Shown in pieces: positions 61,299 to 64,000 of a DNA stretch of 64,000 nt. The notes beneath the pieces were generated by a model that was not told where the DNA came from, did no database searches, and saw only the letters and a list, made by a program, of their open reading frames with translations. The stretch is from an uncultured delta proteobacterium (lineage in GTDB: Bacteria > Myxococcota_A > Polyangia > Palsa-1104). Within the stretch, counting starts at the first letter, position 1; each line of letters starts with the position of its first letter. The stretch is taken from the NCBI GenBank assembly GCA_963785725.1, contig CAWAWS010000007.1, positions 672,001 through 736,000 of the forward strand. Direction: 5' to 3'. The translations under genes were made by a program, and so were the position numbers.

Positions 61299-62396
61299 AT
61301 GAACGAGGTCGTCGACGTCCTCCTGCATCCGTCGCGCTGGGGCGCCGACGCCGACCAACTTCGCCCGCTCACCCGCGTTTACCTCGCGTTCCTCACGCTC
61401 CTCGTCACCTTCGGCTGCTCGATCATCGCCGGCTGGCTCGGCGCGCGCTGGGCCCATCGGCGCACCCAAGACGCGACCAGCGAGCGCAACGAGGTGACGA
61501 TCGTTCGGCTGCGGCGCGAGTTCGTGGCCATCGTGCTCTTCATCGGCGGCTATCTCGCGGTGGAGATGGCGCCGCTGCCGCTCAAGATCGAGCGCATCTT
61601 GGCCGGGGGCACGTTCGTGCTGGGCGCGTTCGTGTGCGCGCAGCTGGTCATTCGGCTGGTCGCGCTCTTACTGACGTCGTCGGTCACGCACGTCAACGGG
61701 CACGAGCGCTCGCGGCTCGAGCGCGAATATGTGCCGCTGGCCGAGAAGGTGACGTGGCTGGCGGTGACGCTGATCTACGTCGCCGTCGTCGCCAAATATT
61801 TCGGCAAGGACGTCTCGTCGCTGGTGGCGGCGCTCGGCGTCGGCTCGCTGGCGATTGGTCTCGCGGCGCAAGCGACGTTGGGCAACATGTTCGCCGGCTT
61901 CATCCTGCTCGTCGATCGGCCGTTTCGACCGGGCGATCGCATCAAGCTGGCGACGGGCGAGTCGGGCGAAGTGTCGGAGATAGGCGTGCGCTCGACGAAG
62001 ATCGTGATGGGCGACAGCAACCTGCTGGTCGTGCCCAACAGCGAGCTGGCCAACACGCGGGTCGTCAACTACGCGCTGCCGACGTCGGCGACGCGCGGCG
62101 AGGTCAAGGTCGTCGTCGTGCCCGAGTCCGACATCGATCGCGCGACGGCGATCTTGCTGGCGCTGACGGCCACGGACGAGCGCATCGCCAAGGCGCCGGC
62201 GCCGCTCGTGCGCGTGTCGGCGTTGACCGAGCGCGGCGTGGAGCTGGCGCTCGGCTTCAACGTCAACTCGCACATCGACGGCGGGATGGTCGAAGAGTCG
62301 CTGCGGCGCGGGTTACTGAAGAAATTTCGCAGCGAGAAGATCGAGATCGCCTACTACAAGTCGTCGCAAGGCGTGCCCAGCGGCTCGCCGGTATAA
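61299..62396 (+). CDS. mscS: Small-conductance mechanosensitive channel family protein
   Basis: LGVGSLAIGLAAQATLGN..AG..L..DRPFRPGD.I, G.V.EIG.RST, VPNS. Confidence 0.9.
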   Translation: MNEVVDVLLHPSRWGADADQLRPLTRVYLAFLTLLVTFGCSIIAGWLGARWAHRRTQDATSERNEVTIVRLRREFVAIVLFIGGYLAVEMAPLPLKIERILAGGTFVLGAFVCAQLVIRLVALLLTSSVTHVNGHERSRLEREYVPLAEKVTWLAVTLIYVAVVAKYFGKDVSSLVAALGVGSLAIGLAAQATLGNMFAGFILLVDRPFRPGDRIKLATGESGEVSEIGVRSTKIVMGDSNLLVVPNSELANTRVVNYALPTSATRGEVKVVVVPESDIDRATAILLALTATDERIAKAPAPLVRVSALTERGVELALGFNVNSHIDGGMVEESLRRGLLKKFRSEKIEIAYYKSSQGVPSGSPV

Positions 62397-63166
62397 ACGC
62401 CGAGGTCGGTGTAAATGAGGACGTGGTTGTCGTCGATCGGCACCCACGTCAGCTTCGTCGGCTTCGAGTTCTGAATCCAGCTCGTCTCCTGCTTGCCGAT
62501 GATGAGCCGCAATTCGCCGTGCTTCGTCGAGAAGATGTCGCCTTGCGAATCGGAGACGACGTTGACCATCTTCTGCGGCTTGAGCGCGCCTTTTTGGCCG
62601 GCCCACAAGCGGAAGCTCTTGGAATCCTCGGGCTCGCGCTGGCGGTCGACGTAGTAGTACTTGCCGGTGTTGTCGCGCGCCAAGGCGTAGGCGCGATGCT
62701 GCCAGCGGCTCTTGTAGAACGTGGCCGCGCCGATCATCGTCTTGGCGTCGGCGTCGGACGACTTGGTGAGCGCGGTCTTGCGCTCGTTACACTGGACCTC
62801 GAGCGCGGCCGGCTTGCCGTCCTTGTTCTTGTAGTCGAGGCTGGCTTGGTAAGGCGCGTTGACGCGCGGCTCCCAGAACGTGCGGTCGAGGCTCTTCAGA
62901 TCTTTGTCGTCGCCTTCGGAGCCGCCGCCGCCGATGCGCAGCTGGTAGAAATTCTTGCCGTCGTTGGACCAGAAGACCGGCGAGTCACTGTTGGTCGTCA
63001 ACGCCAGCGCGACGAAGTGCTTCTTGCCGTCGCTCCAGATGGTCAGCGCGTCTTTGACGGCGGTCACGTCGACAGTCGCCGGTTTCGGGTCGGCCGGCAG
63101 CGGCGCAGCGACGGCAAATTGGGGTACCGCTAGTGCCAGCACGACAGAGAATAGGTGGCGTCTCAT
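62354..63166 (-). CDS. Hypothetical secreted protein
   Basis: Signal peptide; strongly coding-like frame; ends GTPCDDL. Confidence 0.75.
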   Translation of the reverse strand: MRRHLFSVVLALAVPQFAVAAPLPADPKPATVDVTAVKDALTIWSDGKKHFVALALTTNSDSPVFWSNDGKNFYQLRIGGGGSEGDDKDLKSLDRTFWEPRVNAPYQASLDYKNKDGKPAALEVQCNERKTALTKSSDADAKTMIGAATFYKSRWQHRAYALARDNTGKYYYVDRQREPEDSKSFRLWAGQKGALKPQKMVNVVSDSQGDIFSTKHGELRLIIGKQETSWIQNSKPTKLTWVPIDDNHVLIYTDLGVYTGEPLGTPCDDL

Positions 63167-63190
63167 GGTGGCACTATACTACGCAGGTCC

Positions 63191-64000
<810 letters not shown>

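Overview
Very GC-rich bacterial chromosome segment. The gene content points to a myxobacterium (Myxococcota, probably Polyangia-like): many Ser/Thr kinases, TPR/PEGA proteins, low-complexity lipoproteins, a Myxococcales-type sigma-70 factor and secreted glycan hydrolases/lyases. Housekeeping genes include mdh, icd, aspS, glpD, lnt, cysC, cysH and mscS. The main structural finding is a tandem stack of integrative elements at the 3' end of icd. (B) is a 9 kb element (14858-23881) with an intact tyrosine integrase, 19-bp exact att cores, matching 29-bp arm-type sites, an internal deletion scar and two HEPN-like (RxxxxH) cargo genes. (A) is an older 2.2 kb integrase-less relative (12633-14876) that carries a paralogous first gene and has lost its right arm sites. 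(C) is a still more decayed right-end remnant (about 12546-12632). Other candidate systems are a putative sigma-54 operon of a RimK-type ATP-grasp ligase with two KGG-repeat stress proteins, a glpD/alkyl-DHAP-synthase-like/Fe-S/lipid-kinase/lnt cluster, and repeated kinase-TPR-lipoprotein cassettes. Frameshifts in aspS and glpD suggest assembly indel errors, so interrupted genes, including the in-frame TAG in icd, need read-level checking. No rRNA, tRNA or CRISPR array was recognised. All family assignments come from reading motifs by eye; no database searches were run.
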